A stretch of 61,759 bases of DNA, counting the filler, from Sphacelaria rigidula (taxonomy: Eukaryota): the NCBI GenBank assembly GCA_964200075.2. It is 8 parts of 8 records of this genome, joined end to end, with 100 filler letters (N's around TTAATTAATTAA, not from the genome) between each part and the next. Parts side by side here need not be neighbours in the genome. Positions count along the whole stretch, not along the records: positions 23,200 to 30,831 come from CAXNAA020014018.1; positions 30,932 to 38,563 come from CAXNAA020014019.1; 6 more parts are not named here. One strand, written 5' to 3'. This document shows, piece after piece, positions 23,339-35,477 of the stretch. Position numbers and translations under genes: made by a program. Position 1 is the first letter of the stretch; each line of letters starts with the position of its first letter. A model generated the notes under the pieces. The model worked only from the letters and a program-made list of their open reading frames with translations. It was not told the origin of the DNA and made no database searches.

Positions 23339-23500
23339 ATGTCTCATTATACTTCCATTCAAACAAAATATAAAAAATGTTAAACATTTTAGAAAAAGTT
23401 ATTCAAAATTTAGGATATGCTTTTACTGAGGATAAGTTAAGTAGAACTTTTGAGATCATCGTACCATCTTGTAAAAATTTATCAGATACTTTATATTATA
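23339..23500 (+). pseudogene. ycf35: Plastid ycf35 5' fragment in nuclear DNA (NUPT), frameshifted
   Basis: Very AT-rich island. MSHYTSIQTKYK-(frameshift)-ILEKVIQNLGYAF resembles the Ycf35 N-terminus MSHF..IKT.I.....L...L..LG. Sequence then switches to nuclear repeats. Confidence 0.72.
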
Positions 23501-23571
23501 TAATGATTATTATATAATGATTATTACTATAATTATTCATTTTCATTAAATGACATATAATATGATTACCG

Positions 23572-24030
23572 ATCATGTTTCATGACGATTTGTACAACTG
23601 AGGATTTCACTGCGTCTACAGGCTATTTCCTCCCGTGGGTTGGTTTCTCGGACCCCAGTCCGTTGGGCGATGCTCGTCGGTTAGCTGTGAGGAACCAGAT
23701 CAACGCTCCGGTTCTCCGGGCGTCTCCGGTTCTCCGGGCGTTGGCTTTTGATACATGACCTTCCTGCTCAAACCCGGACACCCCCTCACTTTTCATAAAA
23801 AATGGCAAAAAGCCGGGGAAGATGAGGGAGAGTCCCGAGTTGAGCAAAAAGGTGATTAACCGGAAGTAAACGTCAAGAGACTCGTAGAATAGGTGGGGTT
23901 TGTCACAGCTTACCGGAAACATTTCCCGACGGACTGGGGTCCGAGAAACCAATCTACGGGAGAGATGGTATAGACGCACTGAAATCCCAATTCTTGTAGA
24001 AAACGAGGGTTCGTCGCCATAAAATATGGT
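23572..24030. mobile_element. MITE with ~100-bp TIRs, same family as 17901-18203
   Basis: ggatttcactgcgtctac...ttggtttctcggaccccagtccg is inverted at cggactggggtccgagaaaccaa...tagacgcactgaaatcc. Confidence 0.8.
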
Positions 24031-26890
24031 CAAACCATTTCCGAGCTCTCACAGTATCCGTGAGAAATGACAAGGTAGCCCATCATCCAGCACACGCAAA
24101 TACACACGGAAATCCGTCGAAGATGATTTTTTCGACGGGAGACTGGGCACGCCTTGTTCCTTGTTGGCATACACCACGACCAGAGAACTAAAACAGACAT
24201 CACTAGGAGTATTCCATGAACACTTCCCCCGCCTCGCTCTATACGGCAGCGTCAATAACCAGAGGGGTCGCGGATACCGAAATATTGGACAAGACACGAG
24301 ACATAGGGCTTGGTTCGAATGTGCCGGTCTGCACCACACGCATTTTCGAGGTGTCAAAAAAAATTGAAACTCGCACGACATAGATATCCGGGTCTTGCAT
24401 CATCTATTACAAAAGACAGTACAGAAGTGCATGCGCGAAAGATAAACCGAAAGTGGAATCAAAACCGACACGATATCCGACTGAACAGATATTGATCTAG
24501 AGGGTCTCGGAAAGGCTGATTCGGCTCTTTTGTGAAGCTGAAAAGCACGGCTAGAAGAGCATGGAAAGCATGGATGAAAGTCGTGTGGATTGACCGCAGA
24601 ACGCCCACCGTGAGGAACGAAAAAAAATCCTAGACGGGATGGTAGGTGCAGACCACCGCAGTCCGCGAGTTCAAACCGCGGCATCTCGGTTACGACATTA
24701 CAAGTTTTATTCATGAGGTTCGCCCCGAAAAGCATTAGTTGAAGTACGTATACAAGGCAAGCAAGTGCAGACATGTAGGACCACTGGACAAAGGCTTGAG
24801 GCGTCCTGCTCAAATCAAGTAGCCCTCTGCATTAGCCGGCTACTGTTGTGCCGCGGTTGGTCTCGGCAAAATAGGCGCCGGAAAAGCGCCCACTGCAAAA
24901 TCGAAGAGACCACTCCTTCTGTGTGCATGAGAAATTCAGTACGCGAGCATCTTGTCGGATATGCACCCACCCGCGGAAGATACAGTATCGTTATGAAATG
25001 CGAGCCGACATCGGGCATCGATGGCTCTGAAAGACACGGCAAAGCTACTGCCTCGGGTACGGTTGCGATGTCTTAGCCGATGCACGGCTTGTTGTGCAGC
25101 AGGATTGAGGAACTCGCGCGGCGTTTACGAAGAGCTCGGTATTGTACCTGTACAGATGTACAGGTCAGGCAGGTACTGGTGGTACTGTACTGAGGGTCAC
25201 CATATTTGTGCCGTGGCCTTTTACCAGCGAGTACGCAGATTCCGGCTGACAAAAAAAACGGTCCTCTGCAAAGAGCTCCTCACAACCCAATCGCGCTTGG
25301 CAAACGTAGCATGGATGCGCATTACTTCTCTGCGATTTCGATCTCACCTTCAGAGCTCGCATCAGCCTAAGGACATTCGTCCCGTGGTGTTTGTTCGGTG
25401 TTCTGACAGCATTACGAAGCCCTCGTCTGGAATACTCCTACTGGCTGTGGTTACTAGGCACAGAAGCACTGCGATCGTCATGTACCTCCGTCCGGATATT
25501 GCGGTAGTGTTACATATACAAAGCTTGCGAGACAAGTTGTGCCAACATCACGGCAAAATTAATGTAACGCCACTCAATCGATTTGCTCAACGTACGCAGT
25601 CCATGGAGAAGCGTTAGTGTTGAGATGTTTTGAGGTCTCTGCGCCTCAGTGGTGTCCTGTAGTGCAAGGATGCTGCCGCACTCCATCCTCTCGTTTATTG
25701 AAAGCGTCACACAATCTGCAAATCATTCAAACTCGGTCCTGCCGCCGCAAGGCCGGGCAAGTGACGAGAAGGGTGGGTCTCAGGACGTTTTCGCCATACT
25801 TCTCGACTTCCGGTGCCACGTGGAAAAGTCAACACATCATACCTGGCAGAAGCCGAACACACCGAGCGCAAGAAGATCAGTCAACACCTCCAGAGCCGTG
25901 TTGGGGAGGATGCAATGAGGCGGAAAGCCGAACTCGCATGTCATTCTTGTCAGTATCCATCCAATGAACAGTACCCCAAACCACACTCCCGCACGCCGAG
26001 CCTGGTCGATGTACGCTTCCTTCGAACGCTGGGGTGCTATCTTGACTGTAGGCCATTTGTCAATCTCTTCCTGGGGGATGTTCTTGAGCTGAGGAGGATT
26101 GAACACCATGTTTGTGCCGCACTATTTGCGAGTGGTACTGGGATGGTGTGAGGATTTGTGGGAAGCAGGAATGATGGAGTGGGGGGCGTGAGCAGTCAGT
26201 ATGCCCATGGAAAAGCGGGGGGGTGTCTATTTTGGGGGGTTTGAGTGTTTGACATAAATTTCAAGTGATTTGGACGATAATTATGTTCAACCGATCCGGG
26301 TTTTCTTGAAACACACGGGGCTATTCTAATTCCAAGTGTTTTGGACCCGTCCAAACTCCAAATTTCACACCCGCCCTGAGCCAATATGAACCAGGCATTT
26401 GAGAGGTGGCGTTTGTCAGAAGAATTTCACGAAAACCGTTACAGAATGTTCTGGGGGTCTCCAAAGATGTAACGTTTCGAGTTTATGTTGGTGCGGACCG
26501 TGACCCACGACCCACGGTAAAACGATAATCAGCAAGTTATCAAGTTGTGGCGAGGTAACTAATTGCCGCAGATGCTTCTCTTGACCCCAAGATTTTATCG
26601 TGTGATCGGCGTTGGTCAGGGTTCGAAAGTCAAACACCTTGAGTGACACAGTATTCCATCCCTGTTAATCATTTCATCCCTTTTATTACTCTGGGGGCCC
26701 GAAAAACTCCTTACCCTTAGGCAGGACGGAAGGTGGTGTACAAGGTACCCCGAAAGAATACACGCCAACGTTCGCATACAGTGTACAGTGCACGCCGTCT
26801 CGGCACCCCGATGGCCAACTAACTGTTGTTTTATATTAATACAAGTCCGGGGTTTATCCGTGGGGTTCAAATCCCTACACAACTGTTGTA

Positions 26891-27748
26891 TACGAGCTGG
26901 GCCAGCCTGAAAACGGATTTTAGCTCTGAAAGCAATATCTCATCGACGCAGACGAGTTTGGCCGTGATCCGCATATTGTCTAATCAAGGGGAAGGTGCCC
27001 ATCTGCTCAAAAGTTTGGGCCCATATTTTCTCATTGATTAAACCCCATGTCTAGTAATCCCTATACCTAAGGGAGATAGCGCCAACACCTTGCCAAAATT
27101 AGAATCTCTATGAAACTCCCGATCGATGCATTTAGCGGATGGCGACGAATTTTAGTGTGGAGAACCACAAAAGAGAGCCGAATAAAAAAAGCAAATGGGC
27201 CTTCATTTTTTTTTTTAATTTCAATAGAGGATAGGGTGTTTTCGTGAAAAAATGGTCTTCACCATACGCCCTAAACCAGTGAAAAAATTGAAAAAAAAAC
27301 GACCTGACCAACTCTTTTTTGTTAAAGATGCCTTCGAGAGTGCCCATACCAAATTTCTATACACAAAAACCAAACGTGGGCCGGTGAGTGGCCTGCGAAA
27401 TACTGTTCCGAATTTCTACCGACCCGGTTTTTGATAGGCACATGCTCTTTTAATCATGTAGAGAGTTGGACCCTGAAATTTGGTATGGACAGTGCATAGG
27501 GCATGAAAAAAGATTACTTCGGTACCAAAGTTTTCTTTTTTTCATGAGTTAAGGGCAATAATCGGTTTTCAGGTATCAGTAAAATGCCCCTAACTCATGA
27601 AGAAGAAAAATATACTTTGGTACTGAAGTAAATTATTTTTTAATACCCCATGCATTGTCCATACCAAATTTCAGGGCCTAACTCTAAATGTATTAAAGAG
27701 CATGGGTCTGCAAACTTAAAATCCGCCTCTAGGCTGGCCCAGCTCGTA
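26891..27748. mobile_element. Non-autonomous TIR element (~855 bp), TA duplication, Tc1/mariner-type
   Basis: ta-cgagctgggccagcctgaaaacggatttta ... taaaatccgcctctaggctggcccagctcg-ta. Confidence 0.85.
27440..27704. repeat. ~265-bp imperfect palindrome nested in the TIR element
   Basis: catgctcttt...ccctgaaatttggtatggaca...catgagtta is mirrored by taactcatg...tgtccataccaaatttcaggg...aaagagcatg. Confidence 0.85.
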
Positions 27749-27757
27749 GTGCGTCTC

Positions 27758-27759
<2 letters not shown>

Positions 27760-27796
<37 letters not shown>
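27760..27796. repeat. (GT)n microsatellite
   Basis: Direct reading. Confidence 0.95.
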
Positions 27797-27797
<1 letters not shown>

Positions 27798-28389
27798 GTA
27801 TCCCTTTAATTCTGCTCCTTTCGGTATATATCATGTGTGGGTGTATCAGCCGTGGTCACACAGGAGGAAAAACGCCTCGGCTATAAACTGGAGAACAGCA
27901 GGCCGGATGTTTTCCCCCCCCTCCCTCAAAAACTCATTTTTTTTACCCACGTGTTCCGAAATCTTATTCCGGCAGACCCCTGTATATAACAACGTAAACT
28001 TAGATGCGATGGTAGTAGTGACAAAAATATAACTGGGCCTACTGATGATGTCCGTCATATCCTCCTACCCTGCCGTGGCGCATACTTAGACGCCCTCCCC
28101 TGACCGGTAAAATAAGCAAGGTTTGAATCTCCGGTAATATAAGCAAGGTTTGTATGATTTTGACAGAAACGTGCAATTTGGGCACGGCGGACGTCGGACA
28201 TCTTTGGCATACGATGAGATTTCACGTTGGAGAGGTGAAAAAAATCCTCTCAATGAGGGGGGGGGGGGGGGGTTTACGATCCCCCTATCGGGGAAAAGGG
28301 GGGGAACCGGGCCCTGCCCCAGAACCCCGTCCCTGCTCCNNNNNNNNNNAGGGCGGGAGGCGGGGGGGGGGGGGGGGGGGGGGGGGGGG

Positions 28390-28777
28390 GCGGGCTTTAC
28401 GATCCCCTGATCGGGGAAATGGCGGGAATCCGGGCCATGCCGCAGAACCCCGTCCTTGCTGCCAGCGAGAGCATGGCGAATCATCAGCTGTTATCTCTCC
28501 GAAACGTTGAAATTCTTGCGTTTCTGCCCCTGAGAGGCACTCCCAGAAGCGGACATGTTTCACCAGCAGATGGGAAGGCGTTTGACCGGGGCTTCAAAGT
28601 TCAGCGGTCCCTTTCCCCCGTCGACCGTTGAGTCGAATTTTGCGCGCACACGACATAGTCGCTCTCCGCTGTTGGGCATGGTGTGAGAAAAAATCCCAGA
28701 TCGCTCCGAGATTTGAACCCACGACACAACCGTCAGAAGAAGGTTTCGAGGTTACCAGCTGAGCCACCGGGGCGACC
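28390..28777 (-). mobile_element. tRNA-derived SINE, family A
   Basis: 5' ggtcgccccggTGGCTCAGCTGG (A box) ... GGTTCAAATC (B box), no cloverleaf acceptor closure, then the core shared with 529-570. 3' boundary approximate. Confidence 0.78.
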
Positions 28778-28940
28778 GGATAGACTATAAAACATTTTCC
28801 AAAGTGGAACGTCTACCGTTACCGCTTTCCCCCCTTTCACTCTGACTCTAAAATACGAAGAAAACATTTTCCGGAACAAATTGGAGTATTGGCTGTAAAA
28901 ATAGTACAGTATAGCTACTATGGTGTTGTACAAACTACAG

Positions 28941-29238
28941 CAGCAAACATTATTTTTTGAGATTGAGAGTCGATTATACGATGAAGAGTGAAAAGGGTGA
29001 ATGGATGAGTGAGTAGTTTCAGTTCCGAAATGCCCCTCCACGAGGCCCGATACGCTTTCTGCAGTACTCGTAGCTTGTCACCGAAGTCCTTGATATCCCT
29101 GAGGAGGATATCGATGTGTAGCTGTCAGCACACGATGGTGTCATTTAAAGTCAACACAAACACTCAATGAAAAAGTTAGGACAAGTAATGCAACTCACCC
29201 GGTCAACACTAGGCTGCCAATCTCACGAAAGCGTTGCT
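28941..29238. mobile_element. MITE, second copy of the 7181-7500 family
   Basis: Shares tgagattgagagt, gttccgaaatgcc.ctccacgag.cccgata, cttgatatccctgag.aggatatc and the terminal caatctcacgaaagcgttg. Confidence 0.8.
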
Positions 29239-29239
29239 T

Positions 29240-30318
29240 GGGTTTGGGTAACTTGAGTACGACCCGAATACTTAACGCATAATTTGGCAATTTGGGTATG
29301 ATCTCAATACGGGAGTCATCTCAGCATTTTCTGAGAGTACTACCTGAGTGTAATTTTCAATATTCTACCCCAGTTTTGGTAGAGTTGAGTACAATTTCAA
29401 CACTCTACCCAGAAAGGGGGTACATAACCACAGCAACAATACCTGCGTATAAGGCATCAATTAATTGGGCATGATCTCAATACTCCACCTATTTTTGGGC
29501 GAGTTCAAGCGTCTGTCGAGAGAACATTTTCGGACGCGGAACCCGCCCCCCCTCCGGAGCGCAATTTTTCGAAAATTGTCATGGTTTCTGATTTGTTTTT
29601 TGTGTTTTTTTTTGTGACATTATTCTTATTTTTACTGAAATTGTTGAAATAAATTGATCAGCTAACACTAGAAAAAAAAAAAAAGTCTGGCGGGCTTTGC
29701 GAGGTTCGTATATTTACTTCTACTCCTTGCCCGCCCTGTCCTGATGTCCTCGGATGCCGGCGACGCTCACACACATCTATGTACAATACACGAGCGCACG
29801 GTAGCGACAGCCTGTAACCAAAGTAGCAGCATTATCCCACGCCTCGCCAAATTTGCCCGGACTACTAGTAGTGGTGGGTAGTCGAGGCACACGACACGCT
29901 ACATGATCCCATTGATGTAATCATAGGTGATAAGCTTGGAGGGGCGATGTGTCCGTCATCTCAGCGGTCCCCATGCCAAGAATCTACAGCTGACCGCATC
30001 CGCCAAAGCCTCGGCAATAAACTAGGGGACAGCAGGCTGGGTGCCCCCGCCCCTCCCCCTCAAAAAATCGAATTTTCGATCTTGGGGCCTGCGTGTCCCG
30101 AAATATATTTTTGAAAGACCCTCTGTGAGTTGGGTATACGTTTTTTTCAGGGTAGAGTTGGGTATAATTTTATTGCTCTACCCAAATATTGGGTAGTTTG
30201 GGTGTAGTATCAAAACTTTACCCATTTGTTTTAGCACTAAAATCATGAGTTTTCAACATACCCGGTTATAGGGTAGCATACCCGACCCGACCCGACCTGC
30301 CCTTGTTGACATGCCGTG
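29240..30318. mobile_element. Degenerate non-autonomous element with TACCC/GGGTA subterminal motifs (hAT-like), interrupted
   Basis: Clusters of ttgggta/taccc motifs at 29240-29475 and 30127-30300, ending acccgacccgacctgcccttgttgacatgccgtg (hAT-like terminus). Partner TIR not found. Confidence 0.4.
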
Positions 30319-30706
30319 GTCCAGTCGTGAAACATACAACCCTTCGGTTACACAACAACCTTTTCAGTTTCCTTTATCAATCCGATGTATGTACATCGCT
30401 GTGAACTGCGGACCAACCTGGCTATTCCCGACTGCGCTGTCCGATTGGCGCAGTATTGGCGATAACATTTTCGTACTGCATTGGATTCTGGGTGCGTTCC
30501 ATTTCGTGGTGTGAAGGCCTGTTTTGAGTTCTCTTGTTACTTTTGTTTCGAGAACGCGGCGGGTTCACGTGTGACAACCTTGAGGCAAGATGGCATCAAG
30601 GTCGTCAGCAGCTCCATCACGGGAAAGGACCTCCGAGCCGATTGTCACAAAACACGAGCACAGGTTCATGTTTCCGACAGTGATTTTCCGTATCTGGGCC
30701 TTGTGA

Positions 30707-30787
30707 CGGTTTAAGAGACAACCAACTAGACTACTGACAAGTCAGCGCTGACTCGGCCAGTAGTCTAGATGTTTTTGTCTTAAACCG
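30707..30787. repeat. 81-bp loopless imperfect palindrome
   Basis: cggtttaaga..ctagactactg..agtcagc|gctgact..cagtagtctag..tcttaaaccg. Confidence 0.85.
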
Positions 30788-30831
30788 GACCAAAAGTTAG
30801 TGGTGGGGGTTCAATCCCCGTCGCTTTCACT

Positions 30832-30931
30832 NNNNNNNNNNNNNNNNNNNNNNNNNNNNNNNNNNNNNNNNNNNNTTAATTAATTAANNNNNNNNNNNNN
30901 NNNNNNNNNNNNNNNNNNNNNNNNNNNNNNN
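30832..30931. other. Artificial contig linker
   Basis: N44-TTAATTAATTAA-N44. Confidence 0.98.
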
Positions 30932-32650
30932 AAAAGTACCATCCTCAACATAGATGATTCGCTGTTATCAGGAGGAGGTGCTGAGGGGGGGGGGGGGTAG
31001 TGTGGGTCCAGATTTTGTTTTCTGAGCGCCCTTGCTTTCGTAGGTACTCTGTGGGGAACGGGAGGCAGGGGACCCTGTAAATAGTTCAAGGGAGGTCGGG
31101 GGGAATGGGGTCGTGCATATATTTGAAAGTCATGTCCCATACCTCTGTAGGACAGGGAAGCACTATCTTGAGGTTGGACCTCGATAGCATGAAGGCTGGT
31201 TCACGGACAAGACCCAAAAAGCATTTCTCGGCATAACTTCACGCCATTTGAAGGAGTTAGACCCTGCAATTTTCCACAAATATTCTGTGGATCAGTACGT
31301 AAATTTCGAAAGTTGAGGGGCTTTTACTTTTAAAAATTTCCCCCCGTTTTTCGGGGGTCCCAGTTATTCGGGGAAAATTCGATTCAGTCGGACCCCCGTA
31401 AAACGGTAGAGTAAAAAAATCGAAAATCTCATACAAAGGTGCGTAATCACACAGAGTACATGTGTGCAAAATGTTGGGGTCTAAATCCTTCAAACGGCGT
31501 TAAGTGTTTCGCATTTGTGCGATAAACCTTGCCGTGCCACGGTGAAACCGCCAACTACTAGAATTTAGTATGAAGACAGCGTTTTGAGGCCTTCTTTGAC
31601 GTGAACATGAAAATTCAAGCATCATCACTTAATCGAGTTTAGCCACGAAATTCTGCGAGGCTCTTCCCTGGGTTTCGTGGCGACAGGGCCTTTGCGAAAA
31701 AAAAAACGTAGGGCCGGTTTTCCGGGGTCCCAGAAGGGAGACGACTCCGAGAAAATGAACGGGATCTCGTCGGACCCCAGAAAAACGGGGAAAAGTCGAG
31801 AAGAAAAACCTCGTCGATCGAAACTTGCGTAATGACCCATAGCACATTTGTGCGAAGTCTCAAGGTCGAACTCCTAACAACTGCGTGAGGGTTTGCGCGT
31901 TTGTGCGAGGACGTGAGCTTAAAATGTGCAAACTGCTAATTACTTGGTTTTAGGGTAAAAACGTCTTGGTTGGGTCAATTTTACGTCAAGGCAAGTAAAA
32001 CTGTAGGAGATTCTTGCGTTCCCTGACAAAGTTTGTACATGTGTTCCTTGGACTATCCCGGGACGCATCATGTGTAATTATTTTTCCTTTGAGGCATTCT
32101 CTACCGCCTCCCCGGAGTCTTTATACTGGGACCCCCGGAAGCCAGCCTGTAGAGAACGGAGAACCTTCAAACTCTTGCCGATAATACAACTTCTTTCCAT
32201 TCGGAGCATCAATACCTATGGAACTGCTAAGTTTGAGGATGTCCCGAGCTTTTCTACAACAGATATAAAGGGAAATCGTCACGAGGCTCCGTGCGTCTTT
32301 CGTACGTAGCATGAGTGGGAATTAGACGACGCCAAAGCTCCACATCACCGAAACATCACGGTTTCGGGCATAATTCAGCCCCGTTGGAACCGTTTTCAAT
32401 ATTTTTCTCTCATTAGATTAACAAGCTGATGAAGGTTGCTACGATTTGAAGCGTGTGCAGATTCGGGGGAAAATGGGCTTGGAATTCGTGTTTTCAATTT
32501 CGGAACAGTTTGAAAGGCGCTGATTGATCGAGACACATTTTCGTCCATAGCGCCACCGACATAGCCTTGAAGAACAAATCCGGTGATGTCACCCTCTTCG
32601 TCTGTTCATTGCGGTGAGTATGATCCCATGTATGCGACTAGTGCGTATTA

Positions 32651-33069
32651 ACAGTGGATTCTCGAAAATGGGATTGAAAAAAATTGAGGTTCGACTCAAA
32701 AGCCGTGCTTTCCCTGACCTAAATTCATGACAAATGACTTTCATACGGACGACCTCATCCCTCCCAACCTCCCTGAAACTATTTCGGGGGATTCCCGGCC
32801 TTCTGTTCCCCCGAAGGATATGTGCGAAAGCACACTTTTACGTCAATATCGGGGTGAAAAAGGACGTTTTTCGGCCCAAAAAACGTGCTTTTTCACATAC
32901 CCTTCGGGGGAACAGAAGGCTAGAAATCCCTCGAAATAATTATGGGGAGGTCGGGAGGGATGGGTTCGTTTATATGAAAGTCATTTGTCATGAATGTATT
33001 TCAAGGAAAGCGCAGCTTTTGAATTGAATCTCATTTCTTTTTTCAACCCCATTTTCGAGAATCTACTGT
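32651..33069. mobile_element. MITE with ~150-bp TIRs and TTA duplication (PIF/Harbinger, Tourist-like)
   Basis: tta|acagtggattctcgaaaatggg ... cccattttcgagaatctactgt|tta. Related termini at 33073 and 38493. Confidence 0.88.
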
Positions 33070-33366
33070 TTAACAGTGGATCCTGGAAAATGGGGTCGAT
33101 CTCAAAAATGAGGTTAAAGTGGCATATCACCTTAACAGGGATAACGCGAAACAGTTACACAGAGGGAAACAATATTTTCCCTGTGACGCCAGCCAGTGGA
33201 AGAACTGCTGGATCACTGCTGTTGAGGGACTCCCCAGTCTTACTGGCCTCAGTTTCAGTTGTCAGCCTTTACAGCATTCCATTATTCAGGAGTGCCCTCG
33301 TATGCACAGCCTCATAGACACGCCAGGGTATCAACCTAGTGTCCCCGGTCATTGTCCAGATCATCA

Positions 33367-34560
33367 CTACCAAAGGTCATTATCCATATTATTAGCATGC
33401 TGAAACACGTCCTTAACGTCAGCCGTAACATTAAGCTGCGAGGCTGCATAAAAACGCAAAGGAGCTACAAGGGCATTCTGAACACGACCCGAAACAATAT
33501 TTTGAATCTCAAACACGTGCGGGTGGTGAGCACCAACCACTCTCCATGGACCAGTCCACGTCGCCATCAACTTTGGCGTAACACCCGGACGACGCACGCG
33601 TGCATACAAGGCATAGTCGCCTACCTCAAAATTCGGCAATTTCAGCCCCGACGAGGACCCCTCACGTCTACGCGCACGTTCAGCGGCAACACGTTCCTGC
33701 ACTTAAACGTGGAAACGTTTTTGCAGGTCCAAGACTCCTTGCGATGTACTCTCGTTTTGAACATCGTCCAGAACATCGCACTTCCATTCCCCCGCTGACG
33801 AAGACGCCAGCACCGAGAAAGACGTCCGGGGGGCACGACCAAACATCACGTGGTACGGCGTACTACCGTAACGACGACGATACGCTGTATTTAGCGCCCA
33901 TTGCACCGCCGGCAACACGTCCAGCCACTCGGAAACCGCTCTACGCTGCTCGAGAAGAATAGAGCGAAGAGCACGAACTACTTCCTTGACTATGCGTTCG
34001 CACGTACTGTTAGACCACGGAGAATACGCTACCGTAAACTGGTTATCAACGCGCAAAGCTTCTCGCAATCGGGTCAAGATCGCGTTCTTGAAATGCCTGG
34101 CGGTATCACTCACCCACACACGCGGCACCCCAAAAGTTTCGCACCAGTTCAGCAAAGAAGTGGCAGTCGATTCGGCAGTACACAATGCTACTGCTTCCAG
34201 AGCCACAAAGTTGCTCAACTCATCCATGATTACCAAAATGTATCGAAACCCAGCATCCTCCGACAAACCTCGGGAAGCTAGCGGGCCACTCTCGCCCACG
34301 TACAAGAAGTCAAAATGGACGCCTTCCTTCGGCGTGGTCCCATGGACCGTTTCGCGGAGCGGGCGGGGAACTACATCGCAGCTCTCGAGTCAGCACAGAG
34401 AAAACACTGACGGACAATATCGCACACATGAGTTTTTATCCCCTGCCAGACACAAAAATCTTGCAAGCGAACAAGCGTCGCAGCCACACCGCGGTGCCCG
34501 GCGTCGCGCATTTGCGTGCAAATCATCAAACGTACCTTCAACTGTTCATCAGAACTCGGA
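33367..34560 (-). pseudogene. Gypsy integrase (HHCC zinc finger, rve core, C-terminal GPY/F-like region)
   Basis: AGHRG...CFLC; YILVIMDELSNF; FGVPRVWVSDTARHF; AYSPWSNSTCER; KLMATWTGPWRV. Confidence 0.92.
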
Positions 34561-34769
34561 ATCCAAAAAACGTTTCGGCCACGCACATGCACACGAAACC
34601 GACCTTTATTGTCCAAGATAGCAATATCAACGTCCGAGTCGAAAGATTGCACATCCGCATCTTCGGCCCCAAGGCCTTTTCGTTGCGCTTGGCATACAAC
34701 AGATTTGGACGGCATCGAGTCATCAGGTTCACACGGACCATACACAGCCACAGCGCGCACAGGCGAATA

Positions 34770-35477
34770 TTCACCCGGCGCGAAAGCAAGTCACCCCACG
34801 CGTTATGGTCACCCGAAATATAGCAAATCGAGTAACCGTACTGGCCAAGAACAGCTTTCCAACCCTCCGAACGTTGTGCCAATGCTTTCGACACAGACGT
34901 AACGCACGCTTCCGGGTTGAAAACATACACGAGATTTCGGTGATCCGTTAAAATGTGCACGCCATCCCACAACAGATGCTCCAAGCGACGAAAAGAGCTT
35001 ACGATAGCAAAACCTTCGTTATCAATTGTGGCGCAACGCAACTGCGAACCCTTAAAATTACCACTGAGGAAAGCCAGCGGTTCATGCGTCATGTCCTCAA
35101 CTGGCAGGCCTCTTTACATTTCCACTTTAGGTACCTGCGTAACAACCCCAATGACACTCGGATGCATCCGGAAACTTTAGCACCAGACGATCACGACGAG
35201 AATGGAACAGCGTCACGGCGTGAGCCACCAGATTCTTCGCTGCCGCCCACGCCTGCAACCTCCCCTCCGTCCACGATGCAGGCGGAGTAGCGCGTTTTTT
35301 TGCAACACGCGTCGTCCGCGTCACCGCACCCGCCATGAGTTCTTCGAGGTAAAAACGCGAGGAAGCTACGGTTTCTGCCATACGCGGCAACGAGGTACGC
35401 AGCCAATTCACGGCCTGCAGGAATTGCATGGGTTCTGCGGCCGTCTCCGGGTGCCGCATGTCAGACAAGCCTTGCAA
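34770..35477 (-). pseudogene. Gypsy RT connection and RNase H
   Basis: QFLQAVNWLR; FPDASECHWG; EPLAFLSG.F; EGFAIV; LTDHRNL; N.WGDLLSR. Confidence 0.9.

Noticed and set aside
24040..26200. Coding-like region as transposase or Fanzor/TnpB
   Set aside because: No RuvC, DDE or zinc-ribbon motif could be assembled; frames are fragmented.
28255..28460. Local duplications flanking 10-N gaps (also 11060-11270)
   Set aside because: G-run-rich noisy copies on each side of a scaffold gap; probably unmerged low-quality read ends.
28690..28777. Functional tRNA genes here and at 52720-52797 and 53843-53915
   Set aside because: A and B boxes are present but there is no complete cloverleaf, and they continue into repeated bodies and tails, so they are SINE heads.
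30795..30831. tRNA-like 3' end (ggggttcaatcccc) at contig end
   Set aside because: T-stem is imperfect and no D or anticodon arm lies upstream.
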